IMG/VR virus record: IMGVR_UViG_3300020042_002590
Location: 1 to 55,335 of that record
Strand: one strand, 5' to 3'
Source of the DNA: a virus
Lineage: Duplodnaviria > Caudoviricetes
Length of the DNA: 55,335 nucleotides
Below the pieces are notes generated by a model. It did no database searches. It was not told where the DNA came from and saw only the letters and a program-made list of their open reading frames with translations. This document shows positions 38,301-45,308 of this stretch, piece by piece (position 1 is the first letter of the stretch; every line of letters begins with the position of its first letter). A program made the position numbers and the translations under genes.

Positions 38301-39404
38301 GAGGCAATCTTCCGTTCCTTGGAGGTGATGAACTTTAACCGCAAGGGAAGCTCAGCCATTATCCGTATCGCAACCGCAGCCATCCCCTTCTTGAATGCAC
38401 GTATGCAGGGTCTGGATATCTTCTACAGGACTGCGTTTGGTCGTGACACTGATGCCAATGCCGCCTTAAAACAGAAAGCCTTCTTCGTGCGCGGTGCGAC
38501 CTTGATGGCTATCTCTGTGGCGCTGTTTACTATGGTCTCTGATGACGAGGAATACAAGAAGCAGGAAGAGGAAACCAAGGACAACTACTGGATCATTCCG
38601 GGCGTTGGCAAGTTCCCCATTCCCTTTGAGGTTGGATTCCTGTTTAAAACAGTTCCAGAGCGCATTTATGCGGCTATGTTTGGAGATGACACCGGCGAGG
38701 ATCTGAAAGAATCCATGAAGCGCGGCATCACCAGCACATTGGCGTTCAACCCCATGCCGCAAACGTTTAAACCTATTGCCGAGGCTCTGGTTAACTACAA
38801 CTCCTTTACTGGACGGGTCATTGTCGGGGCTGGTATGGAAGGCAGAGCGCCCGAGTTCCAAGTTGGGCCAAGCACATCAGAGGTTGCTCAAAGGCTGGGA
38901 TCTGCGCTGGGCTTGTCTCCCCTCAAGGTTGACCATGTATTGCAGGGCTACACAGGAACAATCGGTATGTACCTTGTTCAGGTGACTGACTCTGTGCTGA
39001 CTGCCAACGACAACTCTCCTAACGCCTCTAAGAGGTTTGAGCAGTTGCCAATCATCAAGAGGTTTGCAGTTGACCCCGAGGCTCGTGGCAACATCACGCA
39101 GTTCTATGCCCTGAAGAACGCGACCGATCAGGCTGTGACAACCCTCAACTTCCTTGAAAGATCTGGTGACGCAGAAGCCTACGCCAAGTACTTTGAGGAC
39201 AACGCAGGGATTCTTGCAAACAAGAACTATGTCCAAAGCATAGAAAAGCAGATGAAGAAGTACCGCGAGATGAGGTCTATGGTTCAGTCAGCAGAGATGA
39301 CCGGCGACGAGAAGCGGGATCTATTGATAGATATTGGCAGGGCAGAGAACGCCTTGAATGAAAACATCAAGGAAGTTAAAAAGATAATCAAAGAAGTCCA
39401 ATAA
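29337..39404 (+). CDS. Giant polyvalent virion protein (3355 aa): zincin metallopeptidase, GNAT, ADP-ribosyltransferase-like cassettes, Gp88-like domain, C-terminal LPD38-like region
   Basis: RHEALH (aa 949-954) plus EEAIAD; FRRKGLATAMY; FHGT..GPYFS; MFHAS..IFVS; TCPRSGICEGLCLG; KDNYWIIP..PIPFEVG..SPLKVDHVLQGYTG. Confidence 0.85.
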   Translation: MPVYKVQAPDGKVYRIQGPANANPEDLFATIAEQNPMAAKTTAELESAKSAPMSIGDTLKSLGSGVVGGGKSIVDFFGAGTDISKGLGEAQSYLQESLSPERQAEIARRQELQDRAARSGSLFQEAKAFIGGVTEAPIQSLAQAAGSSVPAIVAGIATLPASAPAGLALGVGTIAKLAVGAIQGVGEMKGGVFDAVKAEYMKQGKTEKEAEELAIKSSEYSREMALQTGGAALLGALDAATGAEPGIAKAMRKASPTGAMTKEAIDAGIGALPEKAVKAPSYLGQLAKGVATEAPLEGAQGAFGQYGENVALQPTGADVTPMQGVLGAGLRDATVGALFGGAASPLGMRSARQDYATDQFLRQAKEDIELDKRAAESEKIKSQAREGLGATGKQLLLPAPGKTYEEPKDVLQDPVGRVTEDELGKAIGNNTVVNYLNKYRKDNNLPKLKSYSIEDIKDAMTAQNPEGEAGALNSILAYKTGYKNETYTPEDINKVALAKNVATETKGFSDFLTRATGKSDLNTMTQPELHSAYKALNALPREGTEAQLVLPEGSNATRFTQDQYNQGVTTALMGVKQGKPVTLEQARNSVKAQTDLKTDRDADQVLRTAASNEDLIIERGTGFQAKNKAGDVLGTYGTEAEAKRNHRRADISPVETQIVRAPEEIKTEKTAQLPEGYGIEKVAEAGDERPAAYVVRAEGSQKNESQTFAEEVDAKGRLASLTRGREANAKAKEASADRIRQDLEKEQAKIVQMEADGLTGTSEHTKAVNAFKAANVTKSAQITSLLDEAEAFRAPLKIVPLGKKTTKVEKHTVTKGGKKLGTFPNKTEAEKSILAQATDAELQTIADRGGAFGKRAEVELGERKRTTPGIKVKGTAEGLEKAGVRTPETEAKLKELEAKLLPLLKKFGLEQVGLNVVRAIENNAEGSFKGADKLIQVAFDAINPIKTMRHEALHALKELGFFTPQQWKSLEKQAKEKWIGKYLENVKFDADTSRLQAYRNLGLTEDDIIEEAIADAFADFEAAGKAPAGMLDALFKRLQQFFKALRQALTGAGFESADEIFGKIERGELKAGKQAGGKGEKFSLAPVSLNTIAGPALNAYKSEYLDPISEAVAKGNSKPITLKDGTQVNLVLGAEKTDDTRGVIAAVDQEGDIVGRLVFYKNETEDGRRFGPDVNVNQNFRRKGLATAMYDLAEENGALIPDLEPRQFRTDEGQAFRESRENAWKASKQTIEAADKYEEENGIRPYVSEGFLDLPTDGTKYSLQKYNPEKHLSFDATLGVPINKNGLITLYYHTTKENAVKIGNKKIIPSEGRNRIYLTNESNGADVLRNRGNFDQEFDGSTVLVYVHPDMLQLDDVQDNGRRDFFIPLAQGDFFNKKMKLQSIQKSRKSAIVESFSYSDHEMRIAEAVQKYKDATAAERKKMVASARKLLKLEHNVGTLLTENGKLEKTRVGEYDLDWDGNSVASMGLGLASAQQISEKVSTCPRSGICEGLCLGETSGGNFMFGGAASEDVGDIQKSSFRAAARMMQYLKTEALVVHPEEFAMVLQAEIDSLAKWCASETQNKRDPETKKNEKIAKEIYQPAVRLNVTSDFKPTMFRAIIEANPDTMFYDYTKLGSESIAPNHHLTYSSTGFGQVVNGEKVFFKDKSGKYDHNWATMRSRLNKGQNVAMAFSSKSGIPSFLVDEETGEKYRVWNGDDYDARFLDPKQPDGKGMIIGLKNKAGNLSEKNATEKTGGFFVQYDPKTDGDTVVVPNQAQFKGLKDISVSTAKYSLRTPETKGFKNWVGKNPIIPADDTSKYKGGSAVFQAFHGTTYSNITVFDPERGSQLGALGAGPYFSTSAKDASVNYAGIGPDLKLRIELLADNLEDDFNYNFEDSKQRLQEYFDDNDIKVDVNDLDPKAAKFEDNSPDKYFEKASKYLATKQLKGDSDGLVMPVYIKLEKPFDMTSKKIEFMYDPDSEGSEVDDFGKLIDEVKVLADQMQVDPAKALDAIYDKSDGMTARELRDIIKDKISLYDDPYTGEPSSSNQFMQYLARELGYDGIIQDASDEYYTMVGVERSRDPSANRTFHIMPFTPQQVKSETGNSGAFDPTNKDIRYSLKTFFPTAEAAEKAAYKKAPPGTAEFKRFFGGSKVMEEGRAQPMFHASMEDFNIFRENRPIFVSPDAGFAEDFIKRRISESGSLSYLSEGQVKKKTAKIYPLWVRAETPFDYDNDEHIQQIVGYLQANNQVTGGRVQMAGLGLMTPEEITKGLSQGKWTVIEDGKTQEALKALGFDSFYTSEGGAKNLAVFKANQLKSITGNLGGFDESGDIRYSLKNSAFHSGDLGYGGDTTLGRIDGSRSTGHFGTGVYFVSGVDKLGLDNRFSGRSDRPVHQVDLSPYKLAEPLTNYHAELLHDGLRIVNGLVGNRSGSREEIEEYLNEATRKIKSGLSLKESDPEIKKIILSAVKTAKRNKTDEVIHTSKYLDSASTMVIKGLGFDGIDVRRLDKFDNTKYGTVVYRESLPAADAASQKYSLKPVSADIDAAIDRTTTAREEQGFIGRILEAIFPKSAGHFRQQALNRYNQLGVYDKMLAEKMGGAALLADASAESAALMSDLSASVTASAFGYGNRTGGVPVYKNGLTTIDTSVKGPIAILAPLARYNNPRIYQRYQFWAGVKRGKRFMADGKEKNFEQADIARAAQLEKEHPEFVQIQKEMNEFNNGLVKYMVQTGVLDPARGQIYMQHADYIPFYRQMDGERTIGPNIFQSISGVRPPKALKGSEAPVADYLETIVRNTQSAIQSGMKNVAAQRAVGVAEKIGLAQRLNTQDSGPDTVQVMEKGVRVSYRVADPLFIDACRSLNLPDLPFMGLLAAPADILRNLVTKDPGFMLANMMRDSLSSWVTSGANVTPLIGTMSGFAKALSGKSASMEALLNAGILGGYEFSSGVLKSGEVLAADMNKKYGKATGAKVLLKPFTSLWDALEKGTEASDAATRIAIYERVLADTGNEAEAIFRSLEVMNFNRKGSSAIIRIATAAIPFLNARMQGLDIFYRTAFGRDTDANAALKQKAFFVRGATLMAISVALFTMVSDDEEYKKQEEETKDNYWIIPGVGKFPIPFEVGFLFKTVPERIYAAMFGDDTGEDLKESMKRGITSTLAFNPMPQTFKPIAEALVNYNSFTGRVIVGAGMEGRAPEFQVGPSTSEVAQRLGSALGLSPLKVDHVLQGYTGTIGMYLVQVTDSVLTANDNSPNASKRFEQLPIIKRFAVDPEARGNITQFYALKNATDQAVTTLNFLERSGDAEAYAKYFEDNAGILANKNYVQSIEKQMKKYREMRSMVQSAEMTGDEKRDLLIDIGRAENALNENIKEVKKIIKEVQ

Positions 39405-39675
39405 CTTTGTTCTCGAAAAGCCAGCCTATCGTGGAGCGATGAGCTTCCTCCCACATGTTTAAACGCTCTTCCCGGGACATAGCCCGGCCTTGGTCTAACT
39501 CGGCGTGGCAAGTAAAACACAAGGCGGCTATGCGGTAGTCGTTGGCTTTAAGGCTACGCCCCTTGCCGTCTCTGCCTTGGTTTGAGTGGGCGGCAACAAC
39601 TGTGCCGTCCTCTCTCCCGCAGTGTTGACAGGGGCAGTCCCTAACAGCTTCAAGTAGTTTTTGGTTTCGGTACAT
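39388..39675 (-). CDS. DUF1364/YbcO-like Zn-binding nuclease-fold protein
   Basis: CPCQHCG...VVAAHSN...GKG...KANDYRIAALCFTCH. Confidence 0.75.
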   Translation of the reverse strand: MYRNQKLLEAVRDCPCQHCGREDGTVVAAHSNQGRDGKGRSLKANDYRIAALCFTCHAELDQGRAMSREERLNMWEEAHRSTIGWLFENKVIGLL

Positions 39676-39820
39676 TTAAACGATTATCGCGGCTTTGTTG
39701 TAGCTGCATACGCAACCATTTAGACCCACCAATTTTTATCCACTCCTCGTATTCGCTGACGGTAACTCGAACTCCAATTGTTTTGCCTGACTTTGTCAGT
39801 TCAGTCTTCGGTCTTGGCAC
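39650..39820 (-). CDS. Small putative DNA-binding (ribbon-helix-helix-like) protein
   Basis: GTG start; PRPK...IGVRVTVSEYEEWIKIGGSKWLR. Confidence 0.5.
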   Translation of the reverse strand: MPRPKTELTKSGKTIGVRVTVSEYEEWIKIGGSKWLRMQLQQSRDNRLNVPKPKTT

Positions 39821-40001
39821 TTTCTTTCCCCTTGCTGTAAACAAGCACTTGCTTCTTTTCGTCCAGTTTATCTCTTGCTCGTTGGCTTGCAAGTTGCCCC
39901 GCTCTAACGCCGCCTGCCATTTGTTTCATTTTCTTGTCGATGGAAAATAAACTTGGCCCCTGCCAATCAAATGCCGTTCCCGTAGATCTCTGCACAGTCA
40001 T
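39801..40001 (-). CDS. Hypothetical protein
   Basis: ATG after GGAG; overlapping gene chain. Confidence 0.5.
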   Translation of the reverse strand: MTVQRSTGTAFDWQGPSLFSIDKKMKQMAGGVRAGQLASQRARDKLDEKKQVLVYSKGKESAKTED

Positions 40002-40140
40002 GCTTGTCTCCATCTCTCTTTGTTAAAAATACAAGTTTACATTTGGTGCAAGCCCAAGCCGTACCAACCACCACAATGGTCTTTTTGTTTGCGTGTGTGC
40101 CAATCAGTCTTCCAAAGAATGTGCGTATGCGTTCAAGCAT
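39967..40140 (-). CDS. Small Zn-finger-like protein
   Basis: WACTKCKLVF...KHDC. Confidence 0.5.
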   Translation of the reverse strand: MLERIRTFFGRLIGTHANKKTIVVVGTAWACTKCKLVFLTKRDGDKHDCAEIYGNGI

Positions 40141-40295
40141 TATTCCTTCCCCCGCCAAATCCTTATTGCCCTCTTGATTGCGTACCACAAGCTACTACGC
40201 ATAAGCTGCTTCTTTAACCGCTCGTTCTCCAACAATAACTCGCTGTTGTGCATGGACATTAGATTCCATGCTTTTTGAATTGCTTCTTTATCCAT
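40140..40295 (-). CDS. Hypothetical protein
   Basis: MDKEAIQKAW...; GGAGG RBS. Confidence 0.5.
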   Translation of the reverse strand: MDKEAIQKAWNLMSMHNSELLLENERLKKQLMRSSLWYAIKRAIRIWRGKE

Positions 40296-40488
40296 TGTGT
40301 TTCCTCCATCTTCTGCATAAATCTTTTGCCGCTTTGCTCTTGGGTTTCCTGTTGCACATGGCGCTGATAGATTTCTCCTTTGCTTTTTGTTGTAACTGCC
40401 AAGGCGTAATGGGTTGTGGCGGCTCGGGGAACATGCCATGCCACCCTGAAACGCTAAGTATTGCGCTTAGGATGAGTCGGTCAATCAT
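40288..40488 (-). CDS. Small protein with N-terminal hydrophobic segment
   Basis: MIDRLILSAILSV...; ATGA overlap. Confidence 0.5.
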   Translation of the reverse strand: MIDRLILSAILSVSGWHGMFPEPPQPITPWQLQQKAKEKSISAMCNRKPKSKAAKDLCRRWRKHNG

Positions 40489-40700
40489 TCTTCCTCCTCT
40501 GCGTGTTCAAACAAGCGTTGCTTCAACCTTTCGATTCGGCGACTGTTGTATTGAATAGTGGCATCTGCATACTCAGCGGCAGTCTCAGCTTCCAACTTGC
40601 GTAGGTGTGCCTCTTGCAGTTCTGCGTAAATAACTTCGTAGATAGTCTTTGACCTAAGAATATCCTTGATGTACTTGATTGTGGTTTCTCTGAATGTCAT
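40485..40700 (-). CDS. Hypothetical coiled-coil protein
   Basis: MTFRETT...ELQEAHLRKLEAETAAEYA. Confidence 0.55.
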   Translation of the reverse strand: MTFRETTIKYIKDILRSKTIYEVIYAELQEAHLRKLEAETAAEYADATIQYNSRRIERLKQRLFEHAEEEE

Positions 40701-40891
40701 GCTTCCATCGCTTTCACCGCTTTCAGTTTTGAGTCTGCGTCCTTGTCCGACAAATACCTCTCGCTCCTTGTCCATGCAAGGACGGTATAAATCATTGACC
40801 AAGGTAAGAACTTGGTGCAGCTACAACACCACACCCATTGCTTGTCTTTGCCCAAACGCCACAGTGCGTGGTCTTCAAGTAGCCAAATCAT
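40697..40891 (-). CDS. Hypothetical protein
   Basis: ATGA overlaps at both ends; GAGGAG RBS. Confidence 0.45.
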   Translation of the reverse strand: MIWLLEDHALWRLGKDKQWVWCCSCTKFLPWSMIYTVLAWTRSERYLSDKDADSKLKAVKAMEA

Positions 40892-41163
40892 TTCTTCATC
40901 TCCTCAATGTGTTTTACCAAAATATCAAACCATTCCTGCGTGGATTTGCCCCTACCCATACCTTCCAACGGCATGATGGCGGGACGCAGTTCTTTGATGG
41001 CTTGTACGACTGATTCCAATGCGTCTCTGACTCCATCGTCATAACTCTCTATGAGAAGTTTGGTCAACGCTTCTTTCGCGTCCACTGATGACTTCACCGC
41101 TTCTTTCTTGGCAATGCTCCTGCGTTCAATCTCGTTGAACGCTTCATCTTCTTCAGTCATCAT
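40888..41163 (-). CDS. Hypothetical protein
   Basis: MMTEEDEAFNEIERR; GGAGG RBS. Confidence 0.55.
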   Translation of the reverse strand: MMTEEDEAFNEIERRSIAKKEAVKSSVDAKEALTKLLIESYDDGVRDALESVVQAIKELRPAIMPLEGMGRGKSTQEWFDILVKHIEEMKK

Positions 41164-41284
41164 CGCCTCCGTTCTGTGTTGTGTAAACCATCCAACCAAT
41201 CATGGCGCAAACAAAGACAAACAGAATAGCGCCCAGCGCCAACAGCACAGTCATCAACAAAATGTGCAAAATAGCTTCCCACAT
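41153..41284 (-). CDS. 43-aa membrane peptide
   Basis: MWEAILHILLMTVLLALGAILFVFVCAMIGWMVYTTQNGGDDD; GAGG RBS; fills the gap. Confidence 0.55.
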   Translation of the reverse strand: MWEAILHILLMTVLLALGAILFVFVCAMIGWMVYTTQNGGDDD

Positions 41285-41285
41285 G

Positions 41286-41501
41286 TCAGTCCTCCTCTGA
41301 TTTGTCTTCTCTTGGCTCGCCAGCCCAGTAACCGTCTTTGTTTAAACGGTATCCCCGGGTTTCCATTTCTTCAGGTGTGCGGCATCTGCGGTCAGTGCCA
41401 AATGCTCCTGTGCGGTGCATTTCAAACACAGAGTTACTGTTGAAGTAAAGACCACAGCCTCTACACTGATTCCTTGATATTCCCACCTTCAACATTGGCA
41501 A
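41286..41501 (-). CDS. Phage FDXHR-like zinc-binding protein
   Basis: QCRGCGLYFNSNSVFEMHRTG...RRCRTPEEM. Confidence 0.65.
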   Translation of the reverse strand: MPMLKVGISRNQCRGCGLYFNSNSVFEMHRTGAFGTDRRCRTPEEMETRGYRLNKDGYWAGEPREDKSEED

Positions 41502-41808
41502 CCTCCTTTGTTTTCTTTTCCCTGCGTTTGAGTTTGTTCAACTCGGTCTCAACCAACTCGGCAAACGATGCGCCCGACGGAAACCGCATCTGCGCAGGTT
41601 TCATGTCGTTTACAGCGTCAATGGACTTATCTACGCCAGCGTTAAAGCCAGCCTGATATGGGTCACCATTGACCATACGTTGGGAGATTGCCTCCCTGAT
41701 GATCTGCGCCATAGGTAGCTTTGTCTGCTTTGAAAACTTCTTGAGCTTGTCGATCTCTGTCGGCTCCAAGTACGCCATGAAAGGCTTGTACTGCTTAAAA
41801 TGGGTCAT
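41461..41808 (-). CDS. Ribbon-helix-helix DNA-binding protein
   Basis: FMAYLEP..IDKLKKFS.QTKLPMAQIIREAI. Confidence 0.6.
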   Translation of the reverse strand: MTHFKQYKPFMAYLEPTEIDKLKKFSKQTKLPMAQIIREAISQRMVNGDPYQAGFNAGVDKSIDAVNDMKPAQMRFPSGASFAELVETELNKLKRREKKTKEVANVEGGNIKESV

Positions 41809-42184
41809 TACTCCCTCCTGTTTTAAATTCCAACACCAACGAGTCATAAGCCATTTGTGCCTCTTCATTGCCGTTAAGTTCCGAGCGGGATGTTATGCCA
41901 CACCGTTTACACAGTTCAGCAGCAGCCCTCATTTCCGTCGTGGCTCCCAAGAATTCCTGAAAGTCCTCTTGTCTACACAACATGCCAGCTTGCTGAACAC
42001 GGTTTGAGTATGCGGTTGGTGACTCATCATCTTGAATTCTCACCATCGCACATCCGTACCTTGACCCAACAAAGTCCCGCAAAAGTTCTTCGGGGATTTC
42101 GTCGGGGTGCAGGGAGAGGGTCAGGACGTACCCCGTCCTGTCCTGCTTCAAGGCTACCTTTCTTGCCTCAAATTGAAGAGCCAT
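41795..42184 (-). CDS. Conserved phage hypothetical protein
   Basis: QFEARKVALKQDRTGYVLTLSLHP...CGITSRSEL. Confidence 0.65.
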   Translation of the reverse strand: MALQFEARKVALKQDRTGYVLTLSLHPDEIPEELLRDFVGSRYGCAMVRIQDDESPTAYSNRVQQAGMLCRQEDFQEFLGATTEMRAAAELCKRCGITSRSELNGNEEAQMAYDSLVLEFKTGGSNDPF

Positions 42185-42551
42185 AAGATGCCAGCCTTTT
42201 TTCTAGGTAGTTAATGATTGCATTTAAGCGAGCTATCTCTATAGATGCGGCGGCAAGAGCGGCAGTGTTGTGCGTAACTGTTGTATCTAGCTTTGTCGGC
42301 TTCGTCTCATCCAACTCAATTGGTATCTGTTGAGTGAGTGAAGATCCCTTGAGCATCTCAATGTGATCAGCCTTTGCCTTGGCAAGGTATGCGGCTTTCG
42401 CCTTAACACCCGTCACACCAGACCGATACCTTGCGTAATACACGTACTTCTTTTCGCACTGCATACGCGCCGCCGCCTCATCGGGAGTCATAAGAGGATT
42501 TGCTTTAACAAACGCAGTTATCTTGCGTAGCTTTTCTCTGTCGTATTTCAT
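42168..42551 (-). CDS. Hypothetical protein with HTH-like N-terminus
   Basis: MKYDREK...MTPDEAAARMQCEKKYVY; GAGG RBS. Confidence 0.5.
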   Translation of the reverse strand: MKYDREKLRKITAFVKANPLMTPDEAAARMQCEKKYVYYARYRSGVTGVKAKAAYLAKAKADHIEMLKGSSLTQQIPIELDETKPTKLDTTVTHNTAALAAASIEIARLNAIINYLEKRLASYGSSI

Positions 42552-42564
42552 GGTTACCACCTCA

Positions 42565-42864
42565 TCAAAAAGGAATATCGTCATCAGGGAAGTCGTTCTG
42601 CGGTGCTGGCGCAGGTGCTTCCAACTTGGCTTTGGGGATGTAACGGTCAACAGCCAGCGACAGGTATGTCTTGCCGCTCTTGCTTACCTTCTTCCACCCA
42701 CTCAGTTTGATGATGGTCATACCATCCTCAGTGCGAACATTCGTCATGTCCTTGAGGTTGATGGCAATCTCACCAAAGTAATCCTTGCCCAACGGGTTGG
42801 TCTTGGATTGGACAGCGTGTAGGTTGCCGCTGTCGGGACGGGGTTTAAATGTGTTATCACTCAT
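42565..42864 (-). CDS. Putative single-stranded DNA-binding protein
   Basis: Small OB-like core (LSGWKK..KSGKTYLSL) and acidic DDDIPF tail; next to the annealing protein. Confidence 0.6.
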   Translation of the reverse strand: MSDNTFKPRPDSGNLHAVQSKTNPLGKDYFGEIAINLKDMTNVRTEDGMTIIKLSGWKKVSKSGKTYLSLAVDRYIPKAKLEAPAPAPQNDFPDDDIPF

Positions 42865-43555
42865 TTACTTGCTCCTTTTCTTGCAATGCCTTCTTCTTCT
42901 CGGCAAATGCGTTACGAACCTGTGCGTATAGCTCAGGGTGACTTACTTTCAAGCCATCAAGCTGAACCTGATTGGCCTTCCAATAACTGTTTAAACCTTT
43001 AACGTCTTGGTCGTTGAGGCTCAGAAGCTCAACCATGCCAGCGGCAAATAGCTCTGCGTTGTTCTCAGCATCCTTGATGGCTGGGATGGCTTTGGCTACA
43101 GGCGCTGAAATCTGCACATCAACTGCCGCAGTTTCTGTCGTTACGGTCATCGTTGCTGACGCATCCTCAAGGGGGAGATCATCTCCAGCATAGATGTATA
43201 AACCGAGTCCCTGCATGGCAATCGACTTAACCAAGCACCGCATGATCGCTGTATTGATATCCATTGCGTTGGGGTGAGGGATGGGCTTGTTGCGGTAGTC
43301 CAACACAGGAAGCTGGCAAGTGATGGCTTTGCCAAAGATGGTTGTAGTCACCCACACCATCGCTGAGTCGCCAAAATTCATCAACACCGTCTGACCTATA
43401 CCTGTCCCGTCAGCCCACAGCTCTACCTTCCATGTGGCGGCTGGATCAGCCTTTAAAACCTCAGTCCACGCGTACGCCCATGACAAATATGTCATGCCGT
43501 TCTTCTTCTCTGTGCGGTCGTTCACGTTAATCTTTAAAAGCTCTTGCGTATTCAT
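42857..43555 (-). CDS. Sak3/DUF1071-type single-strand annealing protein
   Basis: EKKNGMTYLSWAYAW...LPVLDYRNK...INTAIMRCLVKSIAMQGLGLYIYAGDDLP. Confidence 0.85.
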   Translation of the reverse strand: MNTQELLKINVNDRTEKKNGMTYLSWAYAWTEVLKADPAATWKVELWADGTGIGQTVLMNFGDSAMVWVTTTIFGKAITCQLPVLDYRNKPIPHPNAMDINTAIMRCLVKSIAMQGLGLYIYAGDDLPLEDASATMTVTTETAAVDVQISAPVAKAIPAIKDAENNAELFAAGMVELLSLNDQDVKGLNSYWKANQVQLDGLKVSHPELYAQVRNAFAEKKKALQEKEQVNE

Positions 43556-43887
43556 AACAATCCTTTGTAAAAAATTCCTGCCTCTTTGAAATCATCAAAC
43601 TCTTTTGCCTGACTGTTCTCTATTTGAAACCTTATGGTTTTGGTAAAGAATCCCCTGTCAGTCTCCCAAGGTTTAACAACGTATGTGTGGGGTCTGTCTG
43701 ACTTGCCCTCTTTCTTTGACTGTTTAAATAACAACAGACACAAGTAAACCCCACGATGCGAGTTGATCACCAAGTACTTACCCTTCTTGGGTATGCTTAA
43801 CTTCCGCTTGGTACTGTTTGCACCACTGTGCAACTCCGCAGTAGTTTCCTGCGCATCGGGTGTACTCTCCTTGTCTTGTTTCAACAT
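43552..43887 (-). CDS. Hypothetical protein (start uncertain)
   Basis: Fills the gap between exonuclease and Sak3; 5' part overlaps the exonuclease. Confidence 0.35.
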   Translation of the reverse strand: MLKQDKESTPDAQETTAELHSGANSTKRKLSIPKKGKYLVINSHRGVYLCLLLFKQSKKEGKSDRPHTYVVKPWETDRGFFTKTIRFQIENSQAKEFDDFKEAGIFYKGLL

Positions 43888-44653
43888 ATCCTTTTTCCTT
43901 TTCTGCCAACTCTGTGGCTTCTTCTAGCGTTTTAAAAACACGGATCGCAGTCTTACGACCCTCCCTCTTCGTTGCATAGGTGGTTTCTTTTGCCCACCTT
44001 TCCTCATCGGTGCAGGGCTGTAAGTCCTCACCAAAATCATGTGCCATCTTGGCTTCTCTGTGCATCTCCAAACGAGTGCGCACGTATGTCTCAGCCTTGA
44101 CTGCGTCCCATAGCGGAACATCAATCATTACCGCCTCCGCTTCGGGGTAGCCCTCTTTGGTCTCATGTTGGCTGTAGTCCTTAATAAAAGCGCAGATCTG
44201 AAGCCGCTTGACAGGCTTGCGCTTGGCTTTCTCGACCAACCATTTGTAGACGTTAAGCTGGGTCTCCCAATCAGACTTGTTCATCATTACCGACCAAGCC
44301 TTGACGAACTTGTAGTCCACAATCTCCACGCCGTCAGGGTCATCCTTCTGAAGATCAATCTGCCCACTGATGGTGATGCCATCTATCTCTACGTAGATGC
44401 GCTCCTCGTTGATGTAGCCCTCAATCTCCTTGGCTTCCAACTTGCCATGCATGAATGTCCCAAACTGAGAGGCAAGCATGGAGGTAACATCAATCTCTAT
44501 CTGATTATCATATTGTTCGCGCAACCGTCTAATTTTTGGTGGCGACATAAGCTCAGTAACGCTATACTGAGATGCGCCTTTTGTGTAGAAGTTGCGAGTC
44601 AACAAAGCCACGACTGGCGGGGGTAAATTCTGTTTATTGGTTATCTTCATCAT
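43778..44653 (-). CDS. PD-(D/E)XK exonuclease (Cas4/RecB-like)
   Basis: SVTEL...GTFMH...ISGQIDL...IVDYK...QLNVY; C-terminal Cys cluster RCAGNYCGVAQWC. Confidence 0.8.
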   Translation of the reverse strand: MMKITNKQNLPPPVVALLTRNFYTKGASQYSVTELMSPPKIRRLREQYDNQIEIDVTSMLASQFGTFMHGKLEAKEIEGYINEERIYVEIDGITISGQIDLQKDDPDGVEIVDYKFVKAWSVMMNKSDWETQLNVYKWLVEKAKRKPVKRLQICAFIKDYSQHETKEGYPEAEAVMIDVPLWDAVKAETYVRTRLEMHREAKMAHDFGEDLQPCTDEERWAKETTYATKREGRKTAIRVFKTLEEATELAEKEKGYVETRQGEYTRCAGNYCGVAQWCKQYQAEVKHTQEG

Positions 44654-44700
44654 CACTCCAAGGGATTTGTATGGACACAGGACATGATAATAGTGCTTGT

Positions 44701-45114
44701 ATGGATGAATTGCAAGCACTATCTTTAATTATTTTTGGGGAGCCTGCAAGTAAGGCCAACTCAAGGCGGGTTGTGAAGTTTGGCAACATGTCCAGACTCA
44801 TCAAATCGCAGAAGGCTCTGGACTACTCTGAAGCGTTTAAACGGCAATGCCCACCTTTGGCAAAGCTGATGTCCGGAGATATAAAGATGACCATGTGGAT
44901 TTATTACGCCAGCCGCAGACCTGACTTGGACGAGTCTTTGATCTTGGATCTGCTGCAAGGGTTGGTGTATTTAAACGACCGTCAGGTAAAGGAGCGGCAT
45001 GTGTTCTGGAGGCTGGATAAGGACAAGCCCCGGGCGGAAATGATCATTGAGCAGATTCCGCCTGTTTACACAGAAAAAAAGCCCGCAACGAGGCGGGCTA
45101 AAAAAGGAGAGTGA
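44701..45114 (+). CDS. RusA-like Holliday junction resolvase
   Basis: GEPASKANSRR...RRPDLDESLILDLLQG.VYLNDRQV. Confidence 0.75.
   Translation: MDELQALSLIIFGEPASKANSRRVVKFGNMSRLIKSQKALDYSEAFKRQCPPLAKLMSGDIKMTMWIYYASRRPDLDESLILDLLQGLVYLNDRQVKERHVFWRLDKDKPRAEMIIEQIPPVYTEKKPATRRAKKGE
45074..45100 (-). terminator. Rho-independent terminator on the - strand
   Basis: On -: AGCCCGC-CTCGTT-GCGGGCT-TTTTTT. Confidence 0.65.
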
Positions 45115-45133
45115 CAACTGCTTGTCGGGGTTA

Positions 45134-45162
45134 ATTGTACGTCATGTACAAAAAACCCACAA
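45134..45162 (-). promoter_or_regulatory. Leftward sigma70-like promoter
   Basis: On -: TTGTGG-17 nt-TACAAT. Confidence 0.55.
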
Positions 45163-45175
45163 ATTTATACATGAC
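45141..45175. promoter_or_regulatory. Inverted repeat/operator between divergent promoters
   Basis: GTCATGTA (45141-45148) ... TACATGAC (45168-45175). Confidence 0.5.
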
Positions 45176-45180
45176 ACCGC

Positions 45181-45208
45181 TTGACACATATAGAAAATAT
45201 GATAGAGT
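45181..45208 (+). promoter_or_regulatory. Rightward sigma70 promoter
   Basis: TTGACA-16 nt-TAGAGT with extended TGn. Confidence 0.7.
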
Positions 45209-45211
45209 CCA

Positions 45212-45308
45212 TCCTGTTGTCGTCGAAGTCAACAGTAGTGAAGCCATTTACACATGCCTCGCCCCGTTAAGGGGAACTTCGACGGGGCAGTTGTAAGTGG
45301 CTTTTTTA
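45212..45308 (+). ncRNA. Candidate structured small RNA/attenuator with pseudoknot
   Basis: Hairpin CTGTTG/CAACAG; long stem AAGCCATTTACA/TGTAAGTGGCTT plus T-tract; loop CGTCGAAGT complementary to ACTTCGACG. Confidence 0.55.

Noticed and set aside
1437-39236. Numerous - strand ORFs of 60-226 aa in the structural region (e.g. 1437-2009, 13140-13658, 30045-30725)
   Set aside because: Antisense shadows of strongly supported + strand genes, with no RBS or recognisable motifs
43778-44653. Cas4 as evidence of a CRISPR system
   Set aside because: It lies in a Sak3/SSB recombination operon; no array or other cas genes
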